From: an uncultured Pseudomonadota bacterium
GTDB taxonomy: Bacteria > SAR324 > NAC60-12
Assembly: GCA_913020725.1 (NCBI GenBank)
Contig: CAJWCD010000035.1
Coordinates: 1 to 27,722 of the forward strand
Direction: 5' to 3'
Length of the DNA stretch: 27,722 nt
Shown one piece after another: positions 16,896 to 25,523 of this stretch (the stretch's first letter is position 1; the number at the start of each line of letters is the position of its first letter). The notes beneath the pieces are model-generated. The model was not told the DNA's origin and did no database searches. It was given only the letters and a program-made list of their open reading frames with translations. Position numbers and translations under genes: made by a program.

Positions 16896-17372
16896 TCAAT
16901 CCGATTTTTTTTGCAGCCTTTCGGCCTCTTCAGCGATCATCTGTTGCAGTTCGACGATATTCTCTTGGACTCTTTTCTGGCCAAGCACGGCTCCTTCTGC
17001 GGTTAGTTCCGGCAGCAGCCTCATGGTCTTCTTTCCCAGAGGCGTTTCATAAAAGGCTTTCAGCTCAAGGATTTCTTCCGTCGTGAATCGGTCAATGTAG
17101 AGTCTGGCCATGTCCGGCTTCATGCTCTCCCATCCCATGTGCTTCCTCATGAAATCAAGCATGACCTGCCGAAATGGAGCGATTTGAGGTTTTTGACGAA
17201 TTTGCACATCCACCATTTTCGTAATGGTTTCCTCAAAAGTTACGGCGAGGTTCATGGCCTCAAACAACTCATGGGTAGCCTCAAGGCTGGATTTCTCCTC
17301 GGCACTGGCACTCAGTGACAAGAGTGAAAGGGCGAGTGCGAAGGAAAGCAGCAGGGTTTTCGATTTTTTCAT
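16896..17372 (-). CDS. Exported DUF2059-domain protein
   Basis: AAGGAG SD, signal peptide and LYIDRFTTEEILELKAFYETPLGKK. Confidence 0.85.
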   Translation of the reverse strand: MKKSKTLLLSFALALSLLSLSASAEEKSSLEATHELFEAMNLAVTFEETITKMVDVQIRQKPQIAPFRQVMLDFMRKHMGWESMKPDMARLYIDRFTTEEILELKAFYETPLGKKTMRLLPELTAEGAVLGQKRVQENIVELQQMIAEEAERLQKKSD

Positions 17373-17455
17373 GGGATCTCCTTTTCAGGGTCTAAGACAT
17401 GATCAGGGAACCGGCCCCTTGCTCCGGAAATCGAATAGGTTGCCGCATAGTCCGG

Positions 17456-17908
17456 CTATGGGGTACGGGTGACGTAGCGGAGCAGTTCCACGACCTGCTC
17501 CGGGGTCTGCGCCCACGCCATCGCCGCACCGTCCACCTCTTTGAGGGGGTGGATGAGGTCTTCCGAGTGGAGGGTGATGTAGGGCTTGCCGAGGGCCGCG
17601 CAGCACCCGGCGTCAAACGCCGCATTCCACTGCTTGTACTTCTCTCCGAAGCGCACCACCGCCACATCGCAGTTTTCAATCAGCGTTTTGGTCCGGATCG
17701 CGTTCACCTTGGAGGACTTGTGATCGCGCCAGAAGTTGCTGGCCTCTTTGCCTAGCACATCCCCTGCGGCGTCACTGGCATCGTGATCCGTGACGGCGGA
17801 CGTAAACGTCACCCGCAAGCCTTGGGCTTTAGCACCCTCCATGATTTTCTGCCGCCAATCGGTGTGGATTTCTCCGGACAAATACACCGTCCAACTCATT
17901 GTTTCCAT
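17456..17908 (-). CDS. YtoQ family protein (nucleoside deoxyribosyltransferase-like fold)
   Basis: VYLSGEIHTDWR, FWRDHKSSKVNAIRT, VRFGEKYKQWNAAFDAG and HPLKEVD. AAGGA SD. Confidence 0.9.
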   Translation of the reverse strand: METMSWTVYLSGEIHTDWRQKIMEGAKAQGLRVTFTSAVTDHDASDAAGDVLGKEASNFWRDHKSSKVNAIRTKTLIENCDVAVVRFGEKYKQWNAAFDAGCCAALGKPYITLHSEDLIHPLKEVDGAAMAWAQTPEQVVELLRYVTRTP

Positions 17909-18031
17909 TGTTTCCTTTGCTCGTTTGTGTTTGCAAGAGTCACCTTTTGAACTCTACAGATTCAACTCGTAAGTGCAATCCCCCAGTTTACGTTCATTCC
18001 GCGCTCGAGACAACCCCGGTATCAATCCATG

Positions 18032-18376
18032 TCAATCGAAGCAGAGGTCGCCCTTGCGTCCGAAACGGAGACCTTGGCAGAAGGAGCGGTTGAGGTCGCA
18101 GGCACGACGCCAGCTTTGGCAGGCTTCCGGAATGCGGCCCAATTGGTAGAGCAGGGTGCCGTGTCGGTGATGGATTTCGGGGTGCTCCGGATTGAGTTGC
18201 AGGGCGCGGTTAAACGCCTTGAGGGCAGGTTCCGGTTGGTGGGTGCGGACATAAACTTTGGCACGTTGGAAGTCAACTTGTGCCTTCCATGCAGAATCTT
18301 GAGATTCCGCAGCTTGGAGGGAAGCCATGCCTCCGGAAAGCAACAGGGCCAATACCAGCGGGAACGCCTGATTCAA
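18032..18376 (-). CDS. Small exported TPR protein
   Basis: TTG start, signal peptide, TPR helices (ALKAFNRALQLNPEHPEIHHRHG) and a Cys-containing C-terminus. Confidence 0.7.
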   Translation of the reverse strand: MNQAFPLVLALLLSGGMASLQAAESQDSAWKAQVDFQRAKVYVRTHQPEPALKAFNRALQLNPEHPEIHHRHGTLLYQLGRIPEACQSWRRACDLNRSFCQGLRFGRKGDLCFD

Positions 18377-18385
18377 AAGGATACC

Positions 18386-19768
18386 TTACTTTTGCAAACA
18401 GAGGGCGTTGAGCGCGTCGGCGAGGTCGGCGAACTCTCCGGGCAGCACGGTGCGGAAATCAAGCCAGACGCACTCGTCCTGAATGCGGGCGATGACGGGC
18501 ACAGCGGCTCCCCGTAGCCGCGTTTGGAGTTGCTGCGCGGACTGCTCCGTGTGCTTCAACACGAGTGCCAACGAGGGCAGGGTCAGTTCCGGCAGCGCCC
18601 CACCGCCGGCAAGCGATTCGGTTTCCCGGAGTTCGCAAGTGAAGCATGAATCCTGAGAAAGTTTCAGCCGCGCCAGCGTGTATTCGGCGCGGGTGCGAAT
18701 CTCATCCTTGGATTCCTCCAGCATCCGCACGGTGGGGATGCGTTCCGGAACGTGGGTGGGATCGAGGTACGCCGCAAGCGTTTCCTCCAAAAGCGCGAGG
18801 GCGCCCTTGTCGAGCCGCAGAGCACGGTAGAGCGGATGCTTCCGCAGTTGCTGCACAAGCGTTTCACGCCCCAAAATCAACCCCGCCTGTACGCCTCCCA
18901 GCAGTTTGTCTCCGCTGAACGCGATCACATCTACTCCGGAGTCCAGCACTTGCGTAGCGGTTGGATGCCCGAGGAGCGGCCCCTGCGCAAAGCGGTAAAA
19001 TGAGCCGCTGCCCCAGTCGTAGAGAGCGGTGAGGTTGTGCTGGTGGGCGAGGTTTGCAAGTTCTGGAAGCGTGACCTCTGCGGTGAAGCCGCGCATCTCG
19101 TAGTTGGAGGGGTTAACCTTGAGCAGCGCGGCGGTGTTTTCCGTGATCGCCTGCTCGTAGTCGCTGAGACGGGTGCGGTTGGTTGTACCCACTTCAACGA
19201 GTGTCACGCCCGCTTCCCGCAGGATGTCCGGAATGCGGAAGGAGCCGCCGATTTCGACGAGTTCCCCGCGTGAGACAAGCACCTCCTTGCCAGCGGCCAA
19301 CGCCCGCAGCATGAGAAACACCGCCGCTGCATTGTTGTTGACCGCAGTTCCGGCTTCGGCCCCGGAAAGGGCGCGGAGCAGGCTCTGCACCCGTTCGCCA
19401 CGCTCGCCGCGTTCCCCGGACTTTAGGTCGAACTCCAACGGGGAATAGGCGCAGAGCCGGTTTTGAACACTCTGAAACAACTCTGCTGCAAGCGGAGCGC
19501 GTCCCAAGTTTGTGTGGACGACAACCCCGGTGGCGTTGATGACGCGATCCGGGGCACGGGTGGAGGTTTGGACGAACTCATCGGCTAGTGTCTCCAACAC
19601 CTCCTGCTTGCTGAGCCACGGCGCCTCCTGAGCCAGTGCCAGCGTTTGCCGTGCTTGGGCGAGAAAGGCATCCACTTGCTCCCGTACCTCAAGTCCCGCA
19701 GGCAAACTCCGGGACTTGAGAAAGGCGTCTGCCTCGGTGATAGACGGCAGCATGCGGAAGTGCGACAT
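18386..19768 (-). CDS. selA: L-seryl-tRNA(Sec) selenium transferase (selenocysteine synthase)
   Basis: VINATGVVVHTNLGRAPL, VNNNAAAV, SRGELVEIGGSFRIPD, EVGTTNRT, FSGDKLLGGVQAG and HPLYRALR. Confidence 0.98.
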   Translation of the reverse strand: MSHFRMLPSITEADAFLKSRSLPAGLEVREQVDAFLAQARQTLALAQEAPWLSKQEVLETLADEFVQTSTRAPDRVINATGVVVHTNLGRAPLAAELFQSVQNRLCAYSPLEFDLKSGERGERGERVQSLLRALSGAEAGTAVNNNAAAVFLMLRALAAGKEVLVSRGELVEIGGSFRIPDILREAGVTLVEVGTTNRTRLSDYEQAITENTAALLKVNPSNYEMRGFTAEVTLPELANLAHQHNLTALYDWGSGSFYRFAQGPLLGHPTATQVLDSGVDVIAFSGDKLLGGVQAGLILGRETLVQQLRKHPLYRALRLDKGALALLEETLAAYLDPTHVPERIPTVRMLEESKDEIRTRAEYTLARLKLSQDSCFTCELRETESLAGGGALPELTLPSLALVLKHTEQSAQQLQTRLRGAAVPVIARIQDECVWLDFRTVLPGEFADLADALNALCLQK

Positions 19769-19770
19769 GA

Positions 19771-22356
19771 TCACGCTGTGTCCGGAGTCGCGTCGTCCGA
19801 CTTGGCTGGAGCCTTGGGTTTCCGGGACCGTGCAGCAACGGGCTTGCTCCCAGCCGCCTTCGGCTTAGCCGCAGGTTTCTTTGGCTTGGCTGGAGCTTTC
19901 GCCTTGGGGGTTTCAGAGGTTTCCGCATCCACAACTGCTTTGGCCTTGGCGGGCTTGCGACCCCGACCTGAACCCTTGGGGGCCGCTTGGGCTTGCTGCG
20001 CAGCCTGAGCTTCCTGAGCTTCAGTCTTTGCCTTGGAGCGTGGACGGCGAGCCGGAGCCTTCTTCGGCTTCGCATCTTCCGCAGCCGCTGTTGCGTCCGG
20101 AACTTCAGCCTGTGCTTTGGAACGAGACCGTCTGGGACGAGATTGCTTTGGTTTCACATCCTCGCTTGCCGTTGCTTCAACCTGCTCTGCCACGACTTCG
20201 GCGGGAGTTTCCTCCGCGTCTGGTTTCATGCGGGCAGCAGGCTTGCGGCGACTTTTGGAAGGCTGCTCAGGAAACGAGGCTTCCGAAACAGAAACCACCT
20301 TTGGCGCTGTGTCCGGAGTTGTCGTGGCTTCCACGCCCTCATCCGTTTTCAGATCACGGTGCTTGCTGCTGAAAATGGGGGCGTCCACCGGGGCACGCTG
20401 GTTACGGCGACGCCATTCCGGAAGAGCCAGAGGTGCAACCGCTGGGGCATCCTCAGCTTGAGTTTCGTGGACACTGCTGAAAAGCAAGGCTGGAGCCTCC
20501 GCTTTTTTCTTGGGTCTGAAAACCTTATTCTCTTCGGCTCGGTTCGGGACAGGTTTCGGTTTATCCTCCGGAGTTGCTTCAAGCTCTGCATTGGCCTTGT
20601 CGGCCTCGCTGGCTTCCACTTCCGTTGCTGCCGCCGCAGGCTTGCCGCGTCGTCCACGTCGAGAGCGGCTAGCCGCTGCCGGGGTTTCCGGAGCCGATTC
20701 GCTTTTGGCTACCTCCGCAGGCGATGCTTCTTCTGGAGTCAAAGAGCCGTTGCGTTCCGCTTCCACTTCCGGGGTTTCCTCAGCGGTTGGAGGTTTTTGT
20801 GCTGAATCTCCCTCCCGTGGACCACGCTGATTCCGGCTGCGACGACGACGACGACCTGTTGTGGGTTCCTCATCAGTTTCCAAAATCGGCAGGGTGCGAC
20901 GTTCCTCCTCCTGCTCCTCATCAAGCAGCACGATCTCCATCTCTGGAAGCGACTCCATCGAGAGCGAGAAATCCGGGAGAACCTGGACGGAGAGTTCGTA
21001 ATCGACCTCGATCTGGCTCAGCTTGCGGCGGCTCTGGTTGAGCAAGTGCGTGGCAAGTTCCAGCGAGAGCCGCAGCTTGACGCTGTGGAGCCGATAATCC
21101 ACGGCCAAATCCTGGATGCGCCGCACGATGCGGTTGGCAGTGGAGAGGATCGGATCGTTGTGGGAAAGGCTGCTCGCGATACGCTGACGGCTCATTTCCA
21201 GTAGTCCAAATTTGGAAATCTCGCCGAGGGACCAGCGGGCTTTATCCTGAGCAAGTGCTTCGCCCACACGCTCGACCACGGCCTCGCGGTTCTTCTCCTG
21301 GTCCATGTCGATGAAGTCGATGACGATGAGGCCGCCAAGGTTGCGGAGCCGCAGTTGCCGGGCGACTTCGGCTGCCGCCTCAAGGTTGGTGCGCAGGGCC
21401 GTATCCTCGATGCCACGCTCTTGGGTGGAGCGTCCGGAGTTGACATCCACTGCAACCAGCGCCTCGGTGGGGCTGATGACGAGGCTACCTCCGGAAGGCA
21501 AGCTGGCACGGCTGCTGTTGAGTGCGCCGATTTGCTTTTCGATATCGTGTTCGGAGAAGAGCGAACGCTCGCCGAGGTAAAGCTGGAGTTGCTTCTGCTG
21601 GGTGGGCATGTTCGCCTGAAAGAATTCGAGCGCCCGCTGAAACGCCTCGGCATCGTCAATCACGACCTCGGTGGTGTTTTCATCGAAGTAGTCGCGGAGC
21701 ATACGCACCACGGCATCTTCCTCGCGGTAGAGCAAGCCGGGCTTTTCGTGCTTGTCGTAGGCATCGCGAATGCGCGTCCAGTTGCGGCGCAACAGCATGA
21801 AGTCGCGCTTGAGTTCGCTGAGACTGCGGTCAACTCCGGCAGTGCGGATGATCGCGGAGGCTTCTTCGCTGACCAGCCCCTTGAGCAGGTGCTTGAGACG
21901 GTTGCGTTGCTCCTCGTCCTCGATACGCTTGGAAACGCCACCCCGGTCGCTGTTGGGCATAAAGACGAGGAAGCGTCCGGGGAGTGAGAGGTTAGTGGTG
22001 AGGGTCGCTCCCTTGTGATCAATCTCGTCCTTGAGGACTTGCACCAGCACCTTCTGCCCGGACTTGAGCAGGTGGTTGATCGCGGGGCGGCGCAGGTCGT
22101 CCTTGTTGGGTTTGTACACCTGCTGGTTGACATCGGAGATAGCGAGAAAACCGTTCTTCCCCTGTCCGTAATCAATAAAAGCGGCCTGAAAAGAGGGCTG
22201 CACTTTCGTGACGATGCCCCGGTAGATGTTGCCCACGTTCTGGGCGCGTTGATCTTGCTCGATGAAGAGGTTCTCCAGCCGTCCGGAGCGGACGAGCGCG
22301 ATGCGCGTTTCGTCCACCTCGACATTGATGAGCATGTGTTGGGTGTCTGTTGACAT
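19771..22356 (-). CDS. rne: Ribonuclease E (Rne/Rng family) with a long disordered C-terminal region
   Basis: GNIYRG..VQPSFQAAF (S1), LTTNLSLPGRFLV, AVDVNSG, TNLEAA.EVARQLRLRNLGGLIVIDFIDM and ISKFGLLEMSRQR. Ala/Glu/Lys/Pro/Arg-rich tail. Confidence 0.95.
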   Translation of the reverse strand: MSTDTQHMLINVEVDETRIALVRSGRLENLFIEQDQRAQNVGNIYRGIVTKVQPSFQAAFIDYGQGKNGFLAISDVNQQVYKPNKDDLRRPAINHLLKSGQKVLVQVLKDEIDHKGATLTTNLSLPGRFLVFMPNSDRGGVSKRIEDEEQRNRLKHLLKGLVSEEASAIIRTAGVDRSLSELKRDFMLLRRNWTRIRDAYDKHEKPGLLYREEDAVVRMLRDYFDENTTEVVIDDAEAFQRALEFFQANMPTQQKQLQLYLGERSLFSEHDIEKQIGALNSSRASLPSGGSLVISPTEALVAVDVNSGRSTQERGIEDTALRTNLEAAAEVARQLRLRNLGGLIVIDFIDMDQEKNREAVVERVGEALAQDKARWSLGEISKFGLLEMSRQRIASSLSHNDPILSTANRIVRRIQDLAVDYRLHSVKLRLSLELATHLLNQSRRKLSQIEVDYELSVQVLPDFSLSMESLPEMEIVLLDEEQEEERRTLPILETDEEPTTGRRRRRSRNQRGPREGDSAQKPPTAEETPEVEAERNGSLTPEEASPAEVAKSESAPETPAAASRSRRGRRGKPAAAATEVEASEADKANAELEATPEDKPKPVPNRAEENKVFRPKKKAEAPALLFSSVHETQAEDAPAVAPLALPEWRRRNQRAPVDAPIFSSKHRDLKTDEGVEATTTPDTAPKVVSVSEASFPEQPSKSRRKPAARMKPDAEETPAEVVAEQVEATASEDVKPKQSRPRRSRSKAQAEVPDATAAAEDAKPKKAPARRPRSKAKTEAQEAQAAQQAQAAPKGSGRGRKPAKAKAVVDAETSETPKAKAPAKPKKPAAKPKAAGSKPVAARSRKPKAPAKSDDATPDTA

Positions 22357-22687
22357 TGGGTTCCTGAGTTGGGTTTTAGGGCGGACGGCGAAACCACATG
22401 GTTTCGGAAGGGCACTTGGAAATGCAGGAAAGGGCAGGGCATTTTTGGAAGCTCAAGCTTCCGGAATGCTTCAAACTCCTGTCTGGGTCTCCACGATTGG
22501 AGGACAATCCGGCAAACAAGCTGGGCACACTTCCCAAACGGGCAGCGCCATCAGCTTCCTCCGAATCTCAAATTTCCTGCGACCCCAAGGGCCGTTGTCC
22601 GCATTCAGTTTTTGTGGAGGTGGCTCTCAAGCTTCCGTAAGAGCGTCTTCGTTCACGCCTCGTCCGGAAACCCGCGACTTGGTTCCA
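22357..22687 (-). promoter_or_regulatory. Putative structured rne 5' leader
   Basis: 331-nt non-coding gap with hairpins at 22389-22406 and 22447-22462, plus nested long-range complementarity. Confidence 0.45.
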
Positions 22688-22939
22688 CTACGATTCATCA
22701 CCGAACACAAAAGGCTCTGCCTCGTGTTCACCTTGTTCGTTTTTGAGGATCGTCTCTACACGTTGTTCTGCACGGTCCAGCAACTGGTGACAGGCCCGGC
22801 TCCAGCGCACTCCGTCTTCAAAAGTTCGGAGGGCGTCTTCAAGGGGCAAATCTCCCTGTTCCAGACGATCCACCGCCGCTTCCAGTTTCTCAAGAGCGGT
22901 TTCAAAGTTGGGCTGCTCGTCCGTGCTTGCAATACTCAT
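22688..22939 (-). CDS. xseB: Exodeoxyribonuclease VII small subunit
   Basis: NFETALEKLEAAVDRLEQGDLPLEDALRTFEDGV...CHQLLDRAEQRV. Confidence 0.95.
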   Translation of the reverse strand: MSIASTDEQPNFETALEKLEAAVDRLEQGDLPLEDALRTFEDGVRWSRACHQLLDRAEQRVETILKNEQGEHEAEPFVFGDES

Positions 22940-22956
22940 ACGATTCCTGATGGTCT

Positions 22957-23457
22957 TCAGAGCTTCCGGATGATCTCGGTCGCCGTCTGGGCGGGCGTGA
23001 GGTGTTGAGTGTCCACCACCACCTCTGCTTCCATGTAGATCGGCTCGCGCTCGTTCAGCAGTCGCGTAACGCGCTGCTCCGGAGTCTCCTCCCCCTGATG
23101 CAGCAGGGGGCGGTGCTTGTCCCGCGACAACCTCCCGATGAGGTGGGCGGGTGGAGTTCGCAGATAAACGCGCTTCCCCAAAGACTGCATCAATGCCCGG
23201 TTCTGCTCCCGGACAACCATTCCACCACCAGTGGCAATGATAGTGTTCTGGACCGACTGCAAGCTTTCCAACAATCTGGTTTCCAAATCCCGAAAACGGA
23301 TTTCGCCCGCATCTCGGAAGATGTCGGCAATCGTGCAGTCTTGCTGGCGCTCAATCTCGGTGTCCGTGTCGAGCAAGCAATACCCCAGCCGGCGGGCGAG
23401 CAGCCGTCCGATTGTAGACTTCCCCACCCCCATGAATCCGGTGAGCAGGAGGTTCAT
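22957..23457 (-). CDS. aroK: Shikimate kinase
   Basis: GFMGVGKST P-loop, DTD..IE, IF...GE..FR..E, IATGGG, RPLL and REPIY. Confidence 0.95.
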   Translation of the reverse strand: MNLLLTGFMGVGKSTIGRLLARRLGYCLLDTDTEIERQQDCTIADIFRDAGEIRFRDLETRLLESLQSVQNTIIATGGGMVVREQNRALMQSLGKRVYLRTPPAHLIGRLSRDKHRPLLHQGEETPEQRVTRLLNEREPIYMEAEVVVDTQHLTPAQTATEIIRKL

Positions 23458-23462
23458 GGCTC

Positions 23463-24581
23463 TCAGCGGGTGGGTTTGAAGCCCGCCCCTACAGGGGTCC
23501 GGAATTCCGAGGAAGAATCCTCGATCCAGCCTCCGCCGAGTAGCACGTCCCGGTCATAAAACGCAGCGGCCTGCCCCGGAGTGACCGCACGAACTGGCTC
23601 ATCGAGCATCACGGTTGCTGTTCCATCGTGTCCGGGGTGGAGGGTTGCCGGAGTACCGGAGTGCGAATAGCGCAGCTTCGCGGTCACGCGCAACGGTTGC
23701 TCTGGGGGGGCTACCGAAACCCAGTTGACTCCGGAAATCAACACCGTTTGCGAAGCCAAGTCCGTTTCCTTGCCCAGCACCACCTGATTGCGCTCACGAT
23801 CCAAGCGCACGACGTAGTACGGGGTGGCCGCGGACACGCCTAAGCCCCGGCGCTGTCCCACCGTGTAGTACGGCAAGCCTTGATGCGCTCCCAGCACCTT
23901 GCCCTCGGTGTCCACGAACTCCCCCGGCTCCGGAGTTTCCGGAAGTTCTGCGGCAAGAAACTGGCGGTAGTCGCGGGGCACGAAGCAGACCTCCTGACTG
24001 TCCGGCTTATCCGCTGCGGCGAAGTCCAATTCACTCGCCATGCGCCGCACCCGCGGCTTGACGTGATCCGCGAGCGGAAAGCACAACCGGGGCAGGCTTT
24101 CGCGCTCCACGCCCCAGAGGAAATACGTCTGATCCTTGCGCAGATCCGCAGGCCGTGCCAAGGCCCAGTCTCCGGAACCGCTCTCCTGCTGGCTGCGGGC
24201 GTAGTGTCCGGTGGCGAGCAGCTCGCAATCCAACTCGTCCGCTTTTTTCAGCAAATACCGACTCTTGATGGTGCGGTTGCACATCACGCACGGATTGGGG
24301 GTGCGCCCATCCTGATACTCGCGGATGAAATAATCGATCACCTCGCTACGGAATTCCTCCTGCACATCGAGGACGTAAAACGGAATCTCGAGCCGATGAC
24401 AAACCGCACGGGCATCCATGGCCTCGTCCAGCGAACAGCAGCTCTTGGGCCGTGAATCCTGCTCTGCTCCGTGGTAGAGTTTGAGGTGCAGTCCGATGAC
24501 TTCGTGTCCTTGTTGTTTGAGCAGGGCGGCGGCAACGGAGGAATCAACGCCTCCGCTCATCGCCATTGCAACTCGTGCCAT
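23463..24581 (-). CDS. mnmA: tRNA 2-thiouridine(34) synthase
   Basis: AMSGGVDSS, TPNPCVMCN, ATGHYA, KDQTYFL, DSQEVCF, YTVGQRRGLG and TPGQAAAFY. Start placed at ATG 24581. Confidence 0.97.
   Translation of the reverse strand: MARVAMAMSGGVDSSVAAALLKQQGHEVIGLHLKLYHGAEQDSRPKSCCSLDEAMDARAVCHRLEIPFYVLDVQEEFRSEVIDYFIREYQDGRTPNPCVMCNRTIKSRYLLKKADELDCELLATGHYARSQQESGSGDWALARPADLRKDQTYFLWGVERESLPRLCFPLADHVKPRVRRMASELDFAAADKPDSQEVCFVPRDYRQFLAAELPETPEPGEFVDTEGKVLGAHQGLPYYTVGQRRGLGVSAATPYYVVRLDRERNQVVLGKETDLASQTVLISGVNWVSVAPPEQPLRVTAKLRYSHSGTPATLHPGHDGTATVMLDEPVRAVTPGQAAAFYDRDVLLGGGWIEDSSSEFRTPVGAGFKPTR
23467..23492 (-). repeat. GTAG-type REP-like palindrome inside the mnmA 3' end
   Basis: Minus strand GTAG-GGGCGGG-CTTCAAA-CCCACCC-G. 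Single copy in the window. Confidence 0.55.
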
Positions 24582-24615
24582 GATCCTTGCATTTCCTTGG
24601 GGCAACTCGCGGGGC

Positions 24616-25146
24616 TCACTTGCGGGCGATGGGCCGAAGATTCTGTAGTGGTGCCGTGTAGTCGATCCAACGCCCGTTGTACTTCATTTGCTGGTAGCGT
24701 CCACGCTGAAAGGCGTCAAAGCGCTTCCGGGTTTCCTGCATGGCCAATTCATAGCGTTCTTTCAGACGCTTCCGGTTGTTGAGAAACCTTTGGTTGAGCA
24801 TGTGTTCCGGATCCTGCCGTGGGGGAATCGGGGCATTTTTCATGAGTTCGCGTGCCGCACGTCCAGATTCGTCCGATTGCTGTGCGTTTTCATTGGTGTG
24901 GAGCCGCCACTTGTTACGGGTCGTCTCCCATGCTAAATTTAGAACCGCATGGCTAGTTGCCTCCTCAGGGTTCATTGCCACCACGGCTGGGGCCGCTCCC
25001 GGAGTTGCAGGATCGCCCGGAGTTGCTGTTGGAGCCGCTACCTCCTGAGCAAACGGATACCCCGCACTCAAAATGAGCAAACCTGTTGCCGACAATAAAA
25101 TGCCGAACCGACGTTGGCTAAGAATCCTGTTGGGCGTGCTATTCAT
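24616..25146 (-). CDS. Hypothetical exported protein
   Basis: 176-aa ORF with a signal-peptide-like N-terminus, an Ala/Pro/Thr linker and a helical C-terminus. Co-oriented with mnmA. Confidence 0.6.
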   Translation of the reverse strand: MNSTPNRILSQRRFGILLSATGLLILSAGYPFAQEVAAPTATPGDPATPGAAPAVVAMNPEEATSHAVLNLAWETTRNKWRLHTNENAQQSDESGRAARELMKNAPIPPRQDPEHMLNQRFLNNRKRLKERYELAMQETRKRFDAFQRGRYQQMKYNGRWIDYTAPLQNLRPIARK

Positions 25147-25510
25147 CAGCGCGACTTCCGTGTCTGTCCAAGCGCAAGTCCCTCCGGGGCTGGAACCCTG
25201 CTACGCCAGTGATGCCGCCCGCTATCAGTGCTACTTGGCCCGCATCGCCAATCGGATTGCAGAAGCGAAGGAGCGCAGAGCCATGCTGGAAACAGCAATA
25301 GAGCAGCGGCGGCAGGCGTTTTTAGCGGTTACTCCAGATCCAAATCTCAAACGCCAGCGGGAACGTCAGGAAATCCAGCAGATTGCGGAGGCCGCCCGTC
25401 AGCGCAATATCTCGCATGCAGGCGAGCGCTATTCACTCACCTACGGCATGATCCCCACCTCTCCGGGTGCGAACACCTGGCTGGGCAAACGCAGTTCCAG
25501 CGGAAACTGA
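25100..25510 (+). CDS. Hypothetical exported protein
   Basis: Signal peptide MPNRRWLRILLGVLFISATSVSVQA, a Cys pair and a coiled-coil-like body. Confidence 0.6.
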   Translation: MPNRRWLRILLGVLFISATSVSVQAQVPPGLEPCYASDAARYQCYLARIANRIAEAKERRAMLETAIEQRRQAFLAVTPDPNLKRQRERQEIQQIAEAARQRNISHAGERYSLTYGMIPTSPGANTWLGKRSSSGN

Positions 25511-25523
25511 GGAACGATCGAAA

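Noticed and set aside
16094..17086. Long antisense ORFs (16094-17086, 4772-5542, 11955-12842, 19987-20805 and others)
   Set aside because: They are shadows of well-supported genes in GC-rich DNA and carry no recognisable motifs.
18032..18034. TGA after CFD in the TPR gene next to selA, as possible Sec (CxxU)
   Set aside because: The Cys-containing ending is a normal terminus for small TPR proteins. The read-through is short and not protein-like, and no SECIS was seen.
20841..20855. (GAC)5 microsatellite
   Set aside because: It simply encodes the poly-Arg tract of RNase E on the minus strand.
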